64,000 nucleotides of DNA from Candidatus Levyibacteriota bacterium. Lineage in GTDB: Bacteria > Patescibacteriota > Microgenomatia > Levybacterales > UBA12049. The translations under genes and the position numbers were made by a program. The notes under the pieces are model-generated. The model worked only from the letters and a program-made list of their open reading frames with translations, was not told the origin of the DNA and searched no databases. Positions 27,461-38,659 of this stretch are shown piece after piece (position 1 is the first letter of the stretch; each line of letters starts with the position of its first letter). The stretch spans positions 376,012 to 440,011 of the forward strand of contig JAJDCG010000001.1 of assembly GCA_029260965.1 (NCBI GenBank), read 5' to 3'.

Positions 27461-28990
27461 ATGGTAGAAAGTTTTATGGAATTTATAAAAAGAAATTACT
27501 TTTCGATTTCAGTCATGGGGTTAGCAGTTTTGTACTTTACGCTTCGTCTTAATAATATTCTTTCGCTTCCTATATTCACTGATGAAGCAATTTATGTTCG
27601 CTGGAGTCAGATCGCATCAAACGATGCAAGCTGGCGGTTCATCTCACTTACCGATGGCAAGCAGCCAAGTTTTGTCTGGATCGCCATGATTTTGATGAAA
27701 TTTATCTCTGATCCGCTTTTGGCAGGTCGTTTGGTTTCTGTTTTTGCTGGTGTAGGTTCTGTCATAGGAATTTATTTTTTGGGAAGCGAGTTATTTAAAG
27801 ATCGGAAAATAGGTCTTCTGGCGAGTTTGATTTATGTAGTATTTCCATTTGCATTAGTGTATGACCGTCTCGCATTATACGATTCATTGGTTGGGATGTT
27901 TATCATCTGGGCAATGTATCTGGAGGTGCTTTTGGTGCGCAAGCCTCGTCTTGATACAGCACTCATATTGGGTATGGTAATCGGTGCTGGTATGCTTACC
28001 AAGACCAGTAATAATTTTGCGTTTATACTTCTTCCTTTTTCGCTTCTTTTGTTTGATTTTAAAAACAAAAAATGGAAGGAAAATCTTAAAAACTGGATAG
28101 TCTTTGCACTCATTGCAGTAGGACTGTCGCAGGTGATGTATGCAATTCTTAGACTTTCACCTTTTTATCACATTGTTTCAGATAAAAATGCAGTATTTGT
28201 TTACCCGATTAGTGAGTGGATCAGAAGTCCTTTTGCTTTTTTTACTGGCAACATAAAAGGACTTACGAGTTGGCTTTTTACATACATGAGTTATCCGTTT
28301 ATAGTTTTGGTGGTCTCTTCTTTTTTGATAGATAAAAAAACTTTTAGAAAAAAATTATTTTTGCTTGTATGGTTTGCTGCTCCGTTTTTCGCGCTTGCTC
28401 TTTTTGGTAAAGTAATATATCCGAGATTTATTCTTTTTATGAGCATGCCTCTTCTTCTTCTCGGAGCATATGCTTTGTTTAATCTGGTAAGAACAGCAGA
28501 AAAAAAATGGATGAAAATCACGATTCCTTTTGTCTTCCTGGTGGGTTTTATAATAAATGATTATTTCATTGTTACAGATTTTTCAAAAGCTTCCATACCG
28601 ACTGCTGATCGTGAACAATTTATCACGGATTGGCCAGCAGGTGTGGGTGTGAAGGAGACGGTTGAGTTTTTGAGACAAGCATCTAGCAATGAAAAGTTGT
28701 TTGTAGCAACACAGGGGACGTTTGGTCTTATGCCATATGCCTTGGAAATCTATCTTTCAGACAATCCAAATATAGAGATAAAAGGATATTGGCCGATTGA
28801 GGATCATCTAAGTCAGGAAATATTGGAAAAATCAAAAGAAAAGAAAACATATTTTATTTTTTACCAACCATGTCCTCCGTGCATGAAAACTGGTGTTGCA
28901 CCAAGTCAATATCCTCTTAAAGAGGTATTCCAAATAGAAAAAGAGCAAATGGGTAGTTATTACACTCTTTATGAAGTTCAAAACCTTTAG
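27461..28990 (+). CDS. GT-C glycosyltransferase (ArnT/PMT-like)
   Basis: PIFTDEAIY, DGKQP, AGRLVS, RLALYD, LTK; multi-TM plus soluble C-terminal domain. Confidence 0.85.
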   Translation: MVESFMEFIKRNYFSISVMGLAVLYFTLRLNNILSLPIFTDEAIYVRWSQIASNDASWRFISLTDGKQPSFVWIAMILMKFISDPLLAGRLVSVFAGVGSVIGIYFLGSELFKDRKIGLLASLIYVVFPFALVYDRLALYDSLVGMFIIWAMYLEVLLVRKPRLDTALILGMVIGAGMLTKTSNNFAFILLPFSLLLFDFKNKKWKENLKNWIVFALIAVGLSQVMYAILRLSPFYHIVSDKNAVFVYPISEWIRSPFAFFTGNIKGLTSWLFTYMSYPFIVLVVSSFLIDKKTFRKKLFLLVWFAAPFFALALFGKVIYPRFILFMSMPLLLLGAYALFNLVRTAEKKWMKITIPFVFLVGFIINDYFIVTDFSKASIPTADREQFITDWPAGVGVKETVEFLRQASSNEKLFVATQGTFGLMPYALEIYLSDNPNIEIKGYWPIEDHLSQEILEKSKEKKTYFIFYQPCPPCMKTGVAPSQYPLKEVFQIEKEQMGSYYTLYEVQNL

Positions 28991-30659
28991 TATTTTACTA
29001 GTCATTATTTTGCTTGCAATTTTTCTCCGGTTTTTTCGACTGGACAGTATCCCAAATGGGCTTTATCAGGATGAGACATCAATAGGTTATAGCGCATATT
29101 CGATAATTGAGACAGGAAAAGACGAGTATGGAAAAGATTTTCCTGTTTATTTTAAATCATTTGGAGACCAGAAGTTGCCTGTTTATATTTACTCGACAGT
29201 TGCATCTGTTAGGATGTTTGGTTTAACCCCGTTCGCAGTACGAACACCGTCCGCGTTTTTTGGCGTGCTGTCAGTTGTTGCATTTTTTTTCTTCGTTAAA
29301 TTTTTTACAAAAAGTGAAAATTTAGCACTCACATCAAGTTTTCTGCTTGCGATAAATCCATGGAGTCTTCATTATAATCGTGCAGCATTTGAGGTGAGCA
29401 TAGGACTTTTCTTGTTTATTGTTGGTGGATATCTACTTGGAAGATTTTTCAAAAACAGAACAAAGGGTGCATTTTTGGGAGGGACAATCTGTTTTGTATT
29501 GGCACTTTATTCTTATAATCTGACTCGACTTTTATCTCCGCTTCTTTTTCTTTTTTTTGTTTTTGTGTATAGAAATAAATTAAAAAGCGTATCAAAAAAA
29601 GAAGTAATTATAGCTATCACAGTTGGAGGATTTATGTTGATACCCTTTCTGACAAGCCTGATGGCTCCAGGTGGTGTTTCTTCAGCAGCAGGAACGCTTA
29701 TCAATTCGAGCGCAGTAGCTCAGGCACCCATTGCGGAATTGAGGGCATATATGCTTGCTCTCCCTACAGGTTTTGATAAGTTATTTTTTAATAAATATGT
29801 GCTTACTGGATGGCAATACGTCCAGAATATTTTTTCATATTTTTCTGTTGATTTTTTCTTTCTCAAAGGTTCTGGACACGGTAATCATGGAATGGGCAAT
29901 ATGGGATATTTTTATTTAGTAGAGTTGCCTTTTATTTTAATCGGAATTATTAGTTTTATCCGTAATAAAATTGCAGGGTTTGGCATGCTAATTGGATGGG
30001 GGGTAATTACAATTATGGTAGCCTCGCTTACTAGAGAAGCACCACATGCAACCAGGAGTTATTTTTTAACTGTCCCGTTAATTATTTTTTCAGGCGCTGG
30101 AGTAATTAGTGTATTTGAATATTTAAAAAAAGTTAAGTCGCAGTATTTAAGAAATTTATTAATTTTGATAATTTCTATATCAGCTTTTTATAACTTAACT
30201 TATTATTTTTTAAATTATTATATACGTTTTCCAGTTGCGTTTGCCGAAGACTGGAGGGCGCAGGACGTAGAATTGGTAAATTATCTAAAAAAAAATGAAG
30301 ATAAGTTTGAAAAAATAATTATTGATCCTAGGTCAAAATTTATTTACACTTCTCATCTTTTTTATACGAAATACGATCCTATTATGTTTCAGGAAACAGT
30401 AAAGCGATCACCTGATGATCCAGAGGGTTTTAGCGTTGTTAGATCTTATGGAAATTTTGAATACAGAGATATTGATTGGGAGGAGGATCTAAATTCACCA
30501 AAAACTTTAATAATTTCTTCTCCTGATTTTGCGCCTTATGATCTGGATGCGGATTTTATTGTTTTTCACCCTGAATATCCTGTTGCATTCGCAAAGGATC
30601 AGAAAGTAATACTGAATTTGGTGAATGATAAAGCATATGTCTTATTTGAAACAAAATAA
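28971..30659 (+). CDS. GT-C glycosyltransferase (ArnT/PMT-like)
   Basis: YQDETSIGYSAYSIIETGKDEYG...SFGDQKLP, AVRTPSA, PHATR. Confidence 0.85.
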   Translation: MKFKTFSILLVIILLAIFLRFFRLDSIPNGLYQDETSIGYSAYSIIETGKDEYGKDFPVYFKSFGDQKLPVYIYSTVASVRMFGLTPFAVRTPSAFFGVLSVVAFFFFVKFFTKSENLALTSSFLLAINPWSLHYNRAAFEVSIGLFLFIVGGYLLGRFFKNRTKGAFLGGTICFVLALYSYNLTRLLSPLLFLFFVFVYRNKLKSVSKKEVIIAITVGGFMLIPFLTSLMAPGGVSSAAGTLINSSAVAQAPIAELRAYMLALPTGFDKLFFNKYVLTGWQYVQNIFSYFSVDFFFLKGSGHGNHGMGNMGYFYLVELPFILIGIISFIRNKIAGFGMLIGWGVITIMVASLTREAPHATRSYFLTVPLIIFSGAGVISVFEYLKKVKSQYLRNLLILIISISAFYNLTYYFLNYYIRFPVAFAEDWRAQDVELVNYLKKNEDKFEKIIIDPRSKFIYTSHLFYTKYDPIMFQETVKRSPDDPEGFSVVRSYGNFEYRDIDWEEDLNSPKTLIISSPDFAPYDLDADFIVFHPEYPVAFAKDQKVILNLVNDKAYVLFETK

Positions 30660-32211
30660 AAACAACATACTAATAATTTTATTTTTGATCGTGGTTATGT
30701 TACCAGCGGTTTTTCCACTTCTGAGAGAGGGTTTTTTCGTAACAGATGATGCAGAGTGGATGATAATACGTTTTTCTGCATTTCATGAAGCATTTCGTGA
30801 TGGTCAATTTCCAGTTCGATTTTTAGGAAGGTTAAATCATGGGTTTGGCTATCCAGCACCCACATTTTTATATCCAGGTTTTATGTATATTGCAGAAATT
30901 TTTCATCTCCTTGGAGTTGAATTTTTAGAGAGTATAAAAATGGTTATTTTATTTTCTATTGTTTTGTCGGGTATATTTACCTTTTTTTGGTTGAGAAAGT
31001 TTTTTACTTTACTACCATCTTTTATAGGAGCAATTGTTTATGTTTATTCACCCTATCATTTATATGATGTGTATGTCAGAGGTTCTGTAGGGGAGGTGCT
31101 TGCGATTGCAGTCCTTCCTTTTATACTCTGGCAGATCGAGCGAAAAAGCGTTTTCTGGACAGCACTGAGTATTGGGCTTTTGATACTTTCCCACAATATA
31201 TTGGCTGCTATGTTCGTACCGCTAATTGTTGCATATATGATTCTTGATTGGTATGTGCTGAAAAAAACACAGACACATTTTTTTATTCAAACTGTTTTTT
31301 TTGGACTCGGAATATCTTCGTTTTTTTGGATACCAGCATTAACTGAATTAAGACATACAGTTTTTCTTGATACAAATATTTCTGATTGGAGTAGATATTT
31401 CGCAGATATAAATTTGATAGGAACCAAAACTTTGGCAGTTCTTCTTTTTGCATTGATCAGTATGGTAAGTAAAAAAATATCGATAAAAAAGCATCGTCTT
31501 AGTGTGTTCTTTTTTATAGTAGGTACCTTGGTAGTTTTTATGTCAAGTGTATTAAGTATGTTTATTTGGAAATTTTTTCCTGTTCAGTTTATCCAGTTTC
31601 CATACCGCTTTTTATCAATAGCGCTTATCAGTACGGCTTTTTTGATGGCAGTAAACATCACTGTTTTAACAGGGGTTAGGAAAAAGTTTTTTATTGGGTT
31701 GGTAGTTGTTATTTTAGCTATCCCATTTTTTGCTCGTATGAGGGCTATTGAGTTTATTGACAAAGGTAACGGGTTTTATGCGACTAACAATGCAACAACC
31801 ACCATACACGATGAATATATGCCTGTTTGGGTAAAGGAAATTCCAATGACTGGTGTGTATAATAAAGTAGAGATTATCAATGGCGATGGGGGTGTAAAAG
31901 ACTTGATAGTAACAAATGACATGATCAAATTTACGACAGATATAAAAAGTACTGCTGTTGCACGGGTAAACACAATTTATTGGCCAGGATGGAAAGTCAG
32001 TATTAATCAGGTGCCTGCTGATTTAGATTATTCAAATAAAAAGGGAGTAATGGACATAAAGGTTCCCAGGGGGCTATCTGTGGTTGAGCTGACTTTCGAT
32101 GAGACCCTGATGAGAATGTTTGCAAATACAGTATCTATGACTAGTATGATATTTTTGATACTTATTGCCTTGATAAACAAGAAAAATAAATTTTTATTAT
32201 GGAATTCGTAA
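30637..32211 (+). CDS. GT-C membrane protein (YfhO/PTPS-related family)
   Basis: TDD..., DGQFPVRF..GFGYP, PYHLYDVYVRG, QFPYRF, YWPGW. Start 30625 or 30637. Confidence 0.78.
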   Translation: MSYLKQNKNNILIILFLIVVMLPAVFPLLREGFFVTDDAEWMIIRFSAFHEAFRDGQFPVRFLGRLNHGFGYPAPTFLYPGFMYIAEIFHLLGVEFLESIKMVILFSIVLSGIFTFFWLRKFFTLLPSFIGAIVYVYSPYHLYDVYVRGSVGEVLAIAVLPFILWQIERKSVFWTALSIGLLILSHNILAAMFVPLIVAYMILDWYVLKKTQTHFFIQTVFFGLGISSFFWIPALTELRHTVFLDTNISDWSRYFADINLIGTKTLAVLLFALISMVSKKISIKKHRLSVFFFIVGTLVVFMSSVLSMFIWKFFPVQFIQFPYRFLSIALISTAFLMAVNITVLTGVRKKFFIGLVVVILAIPFFARMRAIEFIDKGNGFYATNNATTTIHDEYMPVWVKEIPMTGVYNKVEIINGDGGVKDLIVTNDMIKFTTDIKSTAVARVNTIYWPGWKVSINQVPADLDYSNKKGVMDIKVPRGLSVVELTFDETLMRMFANTVSMTSMIFLILIALINKKNKFLLWNS

Positions 32212-33941
32212 AAAAGAATATTTTTATAATACTACTTTTGATTTTGTCTTATTGGTCTTTGAAGCCACTATTTCACTCTAATTTTTTTCCAATACATGAC
32301 GACATACAGGTTGCAAGAGTTTTTGAAATGCACAAGGCACTAGATGACGGCATGTTTCCTGTGAGATGGAGTCAGGGTCTTGGTTATAATTTTGGATATC
32401 CGATATTTAATTTTTATGCACCCCTAGCTTATTATCTTGGGGCATTAGTAATGATATTGGGATTAGACGCTTTGTCTGCAACAAAAGTCATGATGGGGGT
32501 GGGAATATTGCTTGCTTTGGTTGGGATGTACTTGTTTGCTAAAGAGATTTGGGGTAGAAGGGGTGCTTTTATTTCAGCACTTTTATATTTATATGCACCA
32601 TATCATGCAGTGGATATTTATGTTAGAGGAGATGTTGCAGAGTTTTTTGCGTATGGTTTTATCCCGTTTGTTTTCCTTGGGATTTATAAAATTTATAAAA
32701 CAACAAAGGAGTATGTTGATGTTAAAAACAAAAATAAAATTTCTGCTCTTAAAAAGAAAATATGGAATTGGGTAATTCTTGCCTCTTTGTCGTTTGCAGC
32801 TGTTATACTTTCTCACAACCTAAGTGCGATGATGGTGACACCATTTTTACTTATATTTTCCTTTTGTTTGTATATTAGCTTGCGAAGAAAAGAAAAATTG
32901 TACAATCCTTATTTTATTTTTTTGAGTTTGATAGTGGGTATTCTAATTGCAGGATTTTATTGGGTACCAGTATTTCCGATGATGCAGTACACAGATGTAT
33001 TGTCAGTGGTAGGTGGAGGATCATATTACGGAGATCATTTTGTATGTATTGGTCAATTGTGGGATAGCCCTTGGGGATTTGGTGGTTCTGCGCCTGGATG
33101 TATTGATGGTATTTCACTAAAGATAGGAAAACCTCATTTGCTTCTTGGATTGACATCTCTCATTATGCTAAGTTTTTTTAGAAAAAAGCTAAAATATAAC
33201 AAAAAAGTAGTATGGTTTTTTACTTTTTCATTTGTTTTTTCAATTTTTTTGACAATTGAACAATCAAAATTTATTTGGGACATTTTATCTCCAATGGCAT
33301 TTTTTCAATTTCCTTGGAGATTTTTACTTGTTGCTACTTTTTTTATCTCATTCTTGGGTGGGGGACTTTTTTATGTTTTGGATATGATTATTTCAAATAA
33401 TAAAAGACTTAATCCTTTTTATACACTTTTCCTATTAACAATAGCATGTGCGATCTTGTTTTATAATGCAAAGCTTTTTAATCCACAAATTTTTAATACC
33501 AAGACAGTCGAGGATTATACATCTTTTGACGAGGTATCATGGCGAGTGTCAAAGCTATCTGATGAATATATGCCACCAGATTTTTTTAGACCCTTGGGCA
33601 TTCGGGTCGTGCCCAAAAACAAAATAATGAACACCATGCAAGTTAAAATTTTGGAGCAAATAGAAAAAACAAACCATCTCTTTGCAGTCGTTGAGGCATC
33701 GTCTGAATCAAAACTGACTGTAAATCTTGCCTATTTTCCTGGGTGGCATGTCTATATCGACGGTAGACAAGAGTGGTTTAGTTACTTCAACCAGGGTTTA
33801 ATCATAAATATTCCAGAGGGTAGGCATGATCTAGACATTGTTTACCAGCAAACACCCGTACAGATAATGGGAAACATACTTACTATCACTGGATCACTAA
33901 TACTTCTTATTGGTATAATTAAACTCAAGAAAGATAAATAA
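32199..33941 (+). CDS. GT-C membrane protein (YfhO/PTPS-related family)
   Basis: HDDIQVAR, DGMFPVRW..GYPIFNFYAP, QFPWRF, YFPGW; paralog of the previous gene. Confidence 0.8.
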   Translation: MEFVKKNIFIILLLILSYWSLKPLFHSNFFPIHDDIQVARVFEMHKALDDGMFPVRWSQGLGYNFGYPIFNFYAPLAYYLGALVMILGLDALSATKVMMGVGILLALVGMYLFAKEIWGRRGAFISALLYLYAPYHAVDIYVRGDVAEFFAYGFIPFVFLGIYKIYKTTKEYVDVKNKNKISALKKKIWNWVILASLSFAAVILSHNLSAMMVTPFLLIFSFCLYISLRRKEKLYNPYFIFLSLIVGILIAGFYWVPVFPMMQYTDVLSVVGGGSYYGDHFVCIGQLWDSPWGFGGSAPGCIDGISLKIGKPHLLLGLTSLIMLSFFRKKLKYNKKVVWFFTFSFVFSIFLTIEQSKFIWDILSPMAFFQFPWRFLLVATFFISFLGGGLFYVLDMIISNNKRLNPFYTLFLLTIACAILFYNAKLFNPQIFNTKTVEDYTSFDEVSWRVSKLSDEYMPPDFFRPLGIRVVPKNKIMNTMQVKILEQIEKTNHLFAVVEASSESKLTVNLAYFPGWHVYIDGRQEWFSYFNQGLIINIPEGRHDLDIVYQQTPVQIMGNILTITGSLILLIGIIKLKKDK

Positions 33942-34660
33942 TGGAAAATAAGCTATCAGAATTATCAATATTTTTTCCTTTTTGGGATGAGGAACAAAAT
34001 GTCAGGGGAGTAGTTACGCAAGCAATTCCTATTGCTGAAAGTGTGGCGAAAAAATGGGAAATTATCATGATTGACGATGGATCAGCTGATAAAACTTTGG
34101 AAGTAATGAAGGATATGGCAGAAAAAGATAAAAGACTTAAAATAGTTCATCACAAAATAAATAGAGGTTATGGTGCAGCTCTAAGATCAGGTTTCGAAAA
34201 TTCGCAATATAAATATATAGTCTTTACAGATGGAGATGGGCAGTTTGATTTTTCAGAAGTAGATAAGTTTGCAGAAAAAATAAAATCAGCTGACATAGTT
34301 GTAGGTTTTCGAAAAAAGAGGCGTGACCAAAAGATATTAAAAAGGCTTCTCTTGATGAATCTTTTGAAAGTATGGGATTTTATACTTTTTAGATTTTATT
34401 TCAAAGACATTGATTGCGGATTTAAGATGTTTAGAAAAGAAGCTATTGAAAAATTGAATCCGCTTAGATCAGAGGGTGCGATGATAACATCAGAAATATT
34501 TGCGAAAGCAAAAAGAAAAAAATTAAAACTGGACGAGGTCGGTATTACCCATTATCCACGAACTGTTGGTCATCAAAGTGGTGCAAATATCCCCGTAGTT
34601 GTACGTGCAGTTCTTGAGAGTTTCATTCTCTGGTACGATTTACATTATGGAAGGACCTGA
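33941..34660 (+). CDS. GT2 polyprenyl-phosphate glycosyltransferase (DPM1-like)
   Basis: IDDGSAD, NRGYGAAL, FTDGDGQF and DIDCGFKMF motifs. Confidence 0.88.
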   Translation: MENKLSELSIFFPFWDEEQNVRGVVTQAIPIAESVAKKWEIIMIDDGSADKTLEVMKDMAEKDKRLKIVHHKINRGYGAALRSGFENSQYKYIVFTDGDGQFDFSEVDKFAEKIKSADIVVGFRKKRRDQKILKRLLLMNLLKVWDFILFRFYFKDIDCGFKMFRKEAIEKLNPLRSEGAMITSEIFAKAKRKKLKLDEVGITHYPRTVGHQSGANIPVVVRAVLESFILWYDLHYGRT

Positions 34661-36104
34661 CCTACTTCATATAGGGAGGCAATCATTGCGTGGGGTTCTG
34701 GCGCTTTCGTCAAGGACATTTTTTCTGCAGCTTATTTCTTTTGGTACTTTTTTTGTTATCTCTACTTTTCTATCCCCGGTTGAAATAGGTATATACACTG
34801 CTGTAGTTGCAGTTCAACGTGTCATTAATTTTTTTACGGATTTTGGTCTCGGTGCTGCTCTTATCCAGAAAAAAGAAGCCTTAACTGATGAGGACTTAAA
34901 GACAAGCTTTACTATGCAGGCTGCTATAACCTTTTTGATATTTTTGCTGGTGTTTTTTAGCAGTAATCAGTTGGCTAGTTTTTTAAATCTTAATTCAGAT
35001 GGCGAAATGCTTCTTTTAGCACTTGTTTTTACTATTTTCATCTCATCGTTTAAGACAATACCATCGATCCTGCTTGAGAGAAAGATTCAATTTCATAAAT
35101 TAGTAATCCCTCAGATCGTAGAGAGCTTAGTATTTAATTTAATACTTGTGGTTCTTGTTATAAAGGGGATGGGCGTTAATAGTTACACATACGCATTTTT
35201 GATCTCTAGCATAGTCGGTCTCCCTTTTTATTATCTAGTCTCTCCATGGAAAATTGGCATTGGTGTTGATAGAAAATCTTTATCTCACCTGAAGTTTGGT
35301 ATCGCGTATCAGGGTAAAAATGTCATAGCAACAATAAAAGATGATCTATTGACTGTTATATTAGTTAGATTTCTTCCATATGCAGAAATAGGGTTTATCG
35401 GTTTTGCACAAAGAATAGCCTTTTTTGTTTATCGATATGTTGTTGATAGTGTAACCAAGGTTACTTTTTCATCGTATGCGCGCATACAGCATGATACAGC
35501 CCTGCTTAGGAAGGCTGTAGAAAAGTCTCTTTTCTTTGTCAGTGGTGTAATGTTTCCACTTTTGATGGGAATTATTCTGGTTGTTCCATATTTTATTGAC
35601 TATTTCTCCAAATGGAACAACAAATGGGAACCAGCGATTATTAGTATTGTATTTTTTAGTCTAAATGCAGCAGTGTCTTCTCTTTCAGGAATTCTGATTA
35701 ATGCACTTGATGCTACAGGACATGTTAAAAAAACTCTTCAGCTTATGATTATTTGGACTATTATTACTTGGACTTTGACGCCTTTATTAATATTCAAATT
35801 GGGCTATAATGGAGTTGCGGCCGCGTCATTCGTGACCTCACTTACTGTTTTTTACACAATATATCTTGTTAAAAAGATTGTTGAGTTTAGTTTGATAAAA
35901 AGCACTTATAAAGCTGTATTAGCAACCATGGTTATGGGAGCTGTAATAACCATTTTGGGAACTTTTTTCATAACAGATATGGTAAAACTTTTTATAACTA
36001 TTGCTGTGGGAGGTCTAATCTATCTAGGTGTTTTTTATGTCCTTGCAAGGCAGGAAATTCGTGAGGGCTTAATACTAGCTTTTAAAAAAAATGACAAAGA
36101 ATAA
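34647..36104 (+). CDS. wzx: Wzx-type oligosaccharide flippase (MOP family)
   Basis: LSPVEIGIY, DFGLGAALIQ, VTFSSYARIQ; 12 or more TM segments. Start trimmed to 34647. Confidence 0.85.
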   Translation: MEGPDLLHIGRQSLRGVLALSSRTFFLQLISFGTFFVISTFLSPVEIGIYTAVVAVQRVINFFTDFGLGAALIQKKEALTDEDLKTSFTMQAAITFLIFLLVFFSSNQLASFLNLNSDGEMLLLALVFTIFISSFKTIPSILLERKIQFHKLVIPQIVESLVFNLILVVLVIKGMGVNSYTYAFLISSIVGLPFYYLVSPWKIGIGVDRKSLSHLKFGIAYQGKNVIATIKDDLLTVILVRFLPYAEIGFIGFAQRIAFFVYRYVVDSVTKVTFSSYARIQHDTALLRKAVEKSLFFVSGVMFPLLMGIILVVPYFIDYFSKWNNKWEPAIISIVFFSLNAAVSSLSGILINALDATGHVKKTLQLMIIWTIITWTLTPLLIFKLGYNGVAAASFVTSLTVFYTIYLVKKIVEFSLIKSTYKAVLATMVMGAVITILGTFFITDMVKLFITIAVGGLIYLGVFYVLARQEIREGLILAFKKNDKE

Positions 36105-36996
36105 AAAAATATCAGTTGCAATTTGTGCCTTTAATGAGGAAGAAAATATTGAAAGATGTCTGAAGTCTCTAAAATGGGTAGATGAAATAGTGGTGGTTGA
36201 TCCGGGATCTACTGATAAGACCTCTTCTGTAGCAGGTAAATATACTGATAAAATTTTTACTCATAAGAATCCTGGATTTGTTGAGCCACTGCGTAATTTT
36301 TCAATACAAAAAACAACAGGAGAATTTGTGTTGGTCATTGATGCAGATGAGGAAATATCTAGTACTTTGGCGAAGAAGCTAAGGGAGATTGCGGAGAATA
36401 ATAGTGCTGATATAGTAAAGATTCCGAGAAAGAATTTTATTTTTGGTAAATGGATGCAGGCTTCTATGTGGTGGCCAGATTATCATGTGCGTTTTTTCAA
36501 AAAAGGAAAAGTTGTTTGGGGAGATGGAATACATAGCGTTCCAAAAGTTGAGGGACGGGAGGTAAGGCTTGATTTAAAAGAGGAGAATGCAATTATTCAC
36601 CACAATTACGACAATCTATCAGAATTCGTTAAAAGAAATAGTTATTATAGTAAAATCCAGGCAAAAGAACTTTTTGATAGTGGTTATCGATTTGTATGGA
36701 CAGATCTGGTTAGAAGGCCACTGGGCGAGTTCCTTGGTAGATTTTTTGCCAATAAAGGCTATAAGGACGGGCTGCATGGACTAGCATTGAGCATGCTTCA
36801 GGCTTTTATGTTTCTTCTTCAATATATTTATATTTGGGAACTACAAGAATATAAAGATCAGGAGATCTCTTTGAAAGTACTAAAAAAAGAGGCAAAATCC
36901 GCAGGCAAGGAGCTAAAATACTGGTTTGATTTTTCAAATTTTTCTCGTAATCCTACTGCCCGTTTTTTTCAAAAAATAAAAAACAAAATATCATGA
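36091..36996 (+). CDS. GT2 glycosyltransferase (WaaE/KdtX-like)
   Basis: NEEENIERCL, IDADE, WPDYHVRFF, GYKDGLHG. Confidence 0.88.
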   Translation: MTKNKKISVAICAFNEEENIERCLKSLKWVDEIVVVDPGSTDKTSSVAGKYTDKIFTHKNPGFVEPLRNFSIQKTTGEFVLVIDADEEISSTLAKKLREIAENNSADIVKIPRKNFIFGKWMQASMWWPDYHVRFFKKGKVVWGDGIHSVPKVEGREVRLDLKEENAIIHHNYDNLSEFVKRNSYYSKIQAKELFDSGYRFVWTDLVRRPLGEFLGRFFANKGYKDGLHGLALSMLQAFMFLLQYIYIWELQEYKDQEISLKVLKKEAKSAGKELKYWFDFSNFSRNPTARFFQKIKNKIS

Positions 36997-37898
36997 CGAA
37001 GATCACCGCTGTTACGGTTAACTATAATACAAAAAAACAAACCATTGAGTTTTTAAATTCGATTAAAAAAATAAATACTCCAAATATTGAACTAAAAAAA
37101 ATAGTAGTTGATAATGGTTCAGTTGATATTTTCCCATCTTCTCAGAAGGGGGATGCGATCCTTTTACGTTCTGAAGATAATCTTGGATTTACAGGAGGAT
37201 ATAATTTAGGAATAAAAAAAGCGTTAGAAGATTGTGCTGATTACGTGCTGGTAATTAATAACGATACTGCAGTTGATAGAAATTTTTTGGTAAATCTTTT
37301 GAAAGGTTTTGATAAAGAAAAAGATACAGGATTGGTTGTCCCGAAAATTTACTTTGCAGAGGGGCATGAGTTTCATAAAAGCAGGTATAAAAAGTCTGAT
37401 TCTGGAAAAGTACTATGGTATGCAGGGGGACATGTCGATTGGGATAATATAAAAGCCATTCATCGCGGATTGGATGAGGTGGACAGGGGGCAGTTTGATC
37501 GGATGCAAAAAATTACTTTTGCAACAGGTTGCGCTGTTCTTGTAAAAAAGGAGGTTTTCGAAAAAATCGGTTTTTTTGATGATGATTATTTTCTTTACTA
37601 TGAAGATTTAGATTTTTCTTTCAGGGCGAAAAGAGCAGGATTTGAGATAGTTTATGCACCAGGTGCAATAGTCTATCATTTTAATGCATCATCTACTGGA
37701 GGATCGGGGTCAGGCCTGCATGATTATTTCTTGACTCGTAATCAAATGCTTTTAGGCATAAAATATGCACCTCTGAGATCAAAACTCGCGCTTGTGAGAC
37801 AAGGTTTGAAGCTGTTACTTAACGGCAGAAAATATCAGAAAAAAGGAATAAAAGATTATTATTTAAAGAAATTTGGAAAAGGGAGTTATTTTGAATAA
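36993..37898 (+). CDS. GT2 glycosyltransferase (rhamnosyltransferase-like)
   Basis: VDNGS, NLGFTGGYN, INND, FLYYEDLD. Confidence 0.88.
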   Translation: MTKITAVTVNYNTKKQTIEFLNSIKKINTPNIELKKIVVDNGSVDIFPSSQKGDAILLRSEDNLGFTGGYNLGIKKALEDCADYVLVINNDTAVDRNFLVNLLKGFDKEKDTGLVVPKIYFAEGHEFHKSRYKKSDSGKVLWYAGGHVDWDNIKAIHRGLDEVDRGQFDRMQKITFATGCAVLVKKEVFEKIGFFDDDYFLYYEDLDFSFRAKRAGFEIVYAPGAIVYHFNASSTGGSGSGLHDYFLTRNQMLLGIKYAPLRSKLALVRQGLKLLLNGRKYQKKGIKDYYLKKFGKGSYFE

Positions 37899-38659
37899 TG
37901 AATAAGTTGTCGGTTGTTATTATCGCAAAAAATGCAGAGACTGTGATCGCGGACAGTATCGAATCTGTGCGTGGTTTTGCATCAGAGGTCATAGTTATAG
38001 ATGATGGTTCGACTGATCATACAGTTGAGATCGCCAGGTTGTTGGAGGCAAAAATTTATGAACATAGAGAAAAAAGTTTTGCTGAAAAGCGTAATTTTGG
38101 TCTAAAAAAAGCCAAATATAAATGGATATTTTATATAGACGCAGATGAGAGAACCACACCTGATTTGGTAGAAAGTATCAAGAAGCAGGTATTGGGCACA
38201 AATAAGATTGAGTTCGCTGCATTTGCTGTAAAAAGGAAAAATTTTTATCTGGGAAAGCACGAATGGCCTCAGATTGAAACACACACCAGAGTGTTTGATA
38301 GAAAATTTTTGAAGAAATGGCAGGGCGATCTGCATGAAACTCCTGTAGTTGATGGAGCAATAGGACTGCTTGATGGGCTTCTTGTGCATTATACTCATCA
38401 GAGCTTGGAGGCAATGATAGAGAAAACAGTGGAGTGGTCGGAGGTAGAGGCAAAGCTTAGATTCAAGTCTGGGCATCCCCGAATGAGTAGTTGGCGTTTT
38501 TTACGAGTGATGATGACTGCTTTTTATGACTCATATTTTCGTCAAGCTGGATACAAAGCAGGAACTGCAGGTTTGATAGAAAGTATTTATCAGTCATATA
38601 GCATGTTTATTACGTATGCGAGGCTTTGGGAGATGCAAGAAAAAAAATTTTCTAAATAA
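37898..38659 (+). CDS. GT2 glycosyltransferase (WaaE/KdtX-like)
   Basis: IDDGSTD, FAEKRN, IDADER, LHE. Confidence 0.88.
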   Translation: MNKLSVVIIAKNAETVIADSIESVRGFASEVIVIDDGSTDHTVEIARLLEAKIYEHREKSFAEKRNFGLKKAKYKWIFYIDADERTTPDLVESIKKQVLGTNKIEFAAFAVKRKNFYLGKHEWPQIETHTRVFDRKFLKKWQGDLHETPVVDGAIGLLDGLLVHYTHQSLEAMIEKTVEWSEVEAKLRFKSGHPRMSSWRFLRVMMTAFYDSYFRQAGYKAGTAGLIESIYQSYSMFITYARLWEMQEKKFSK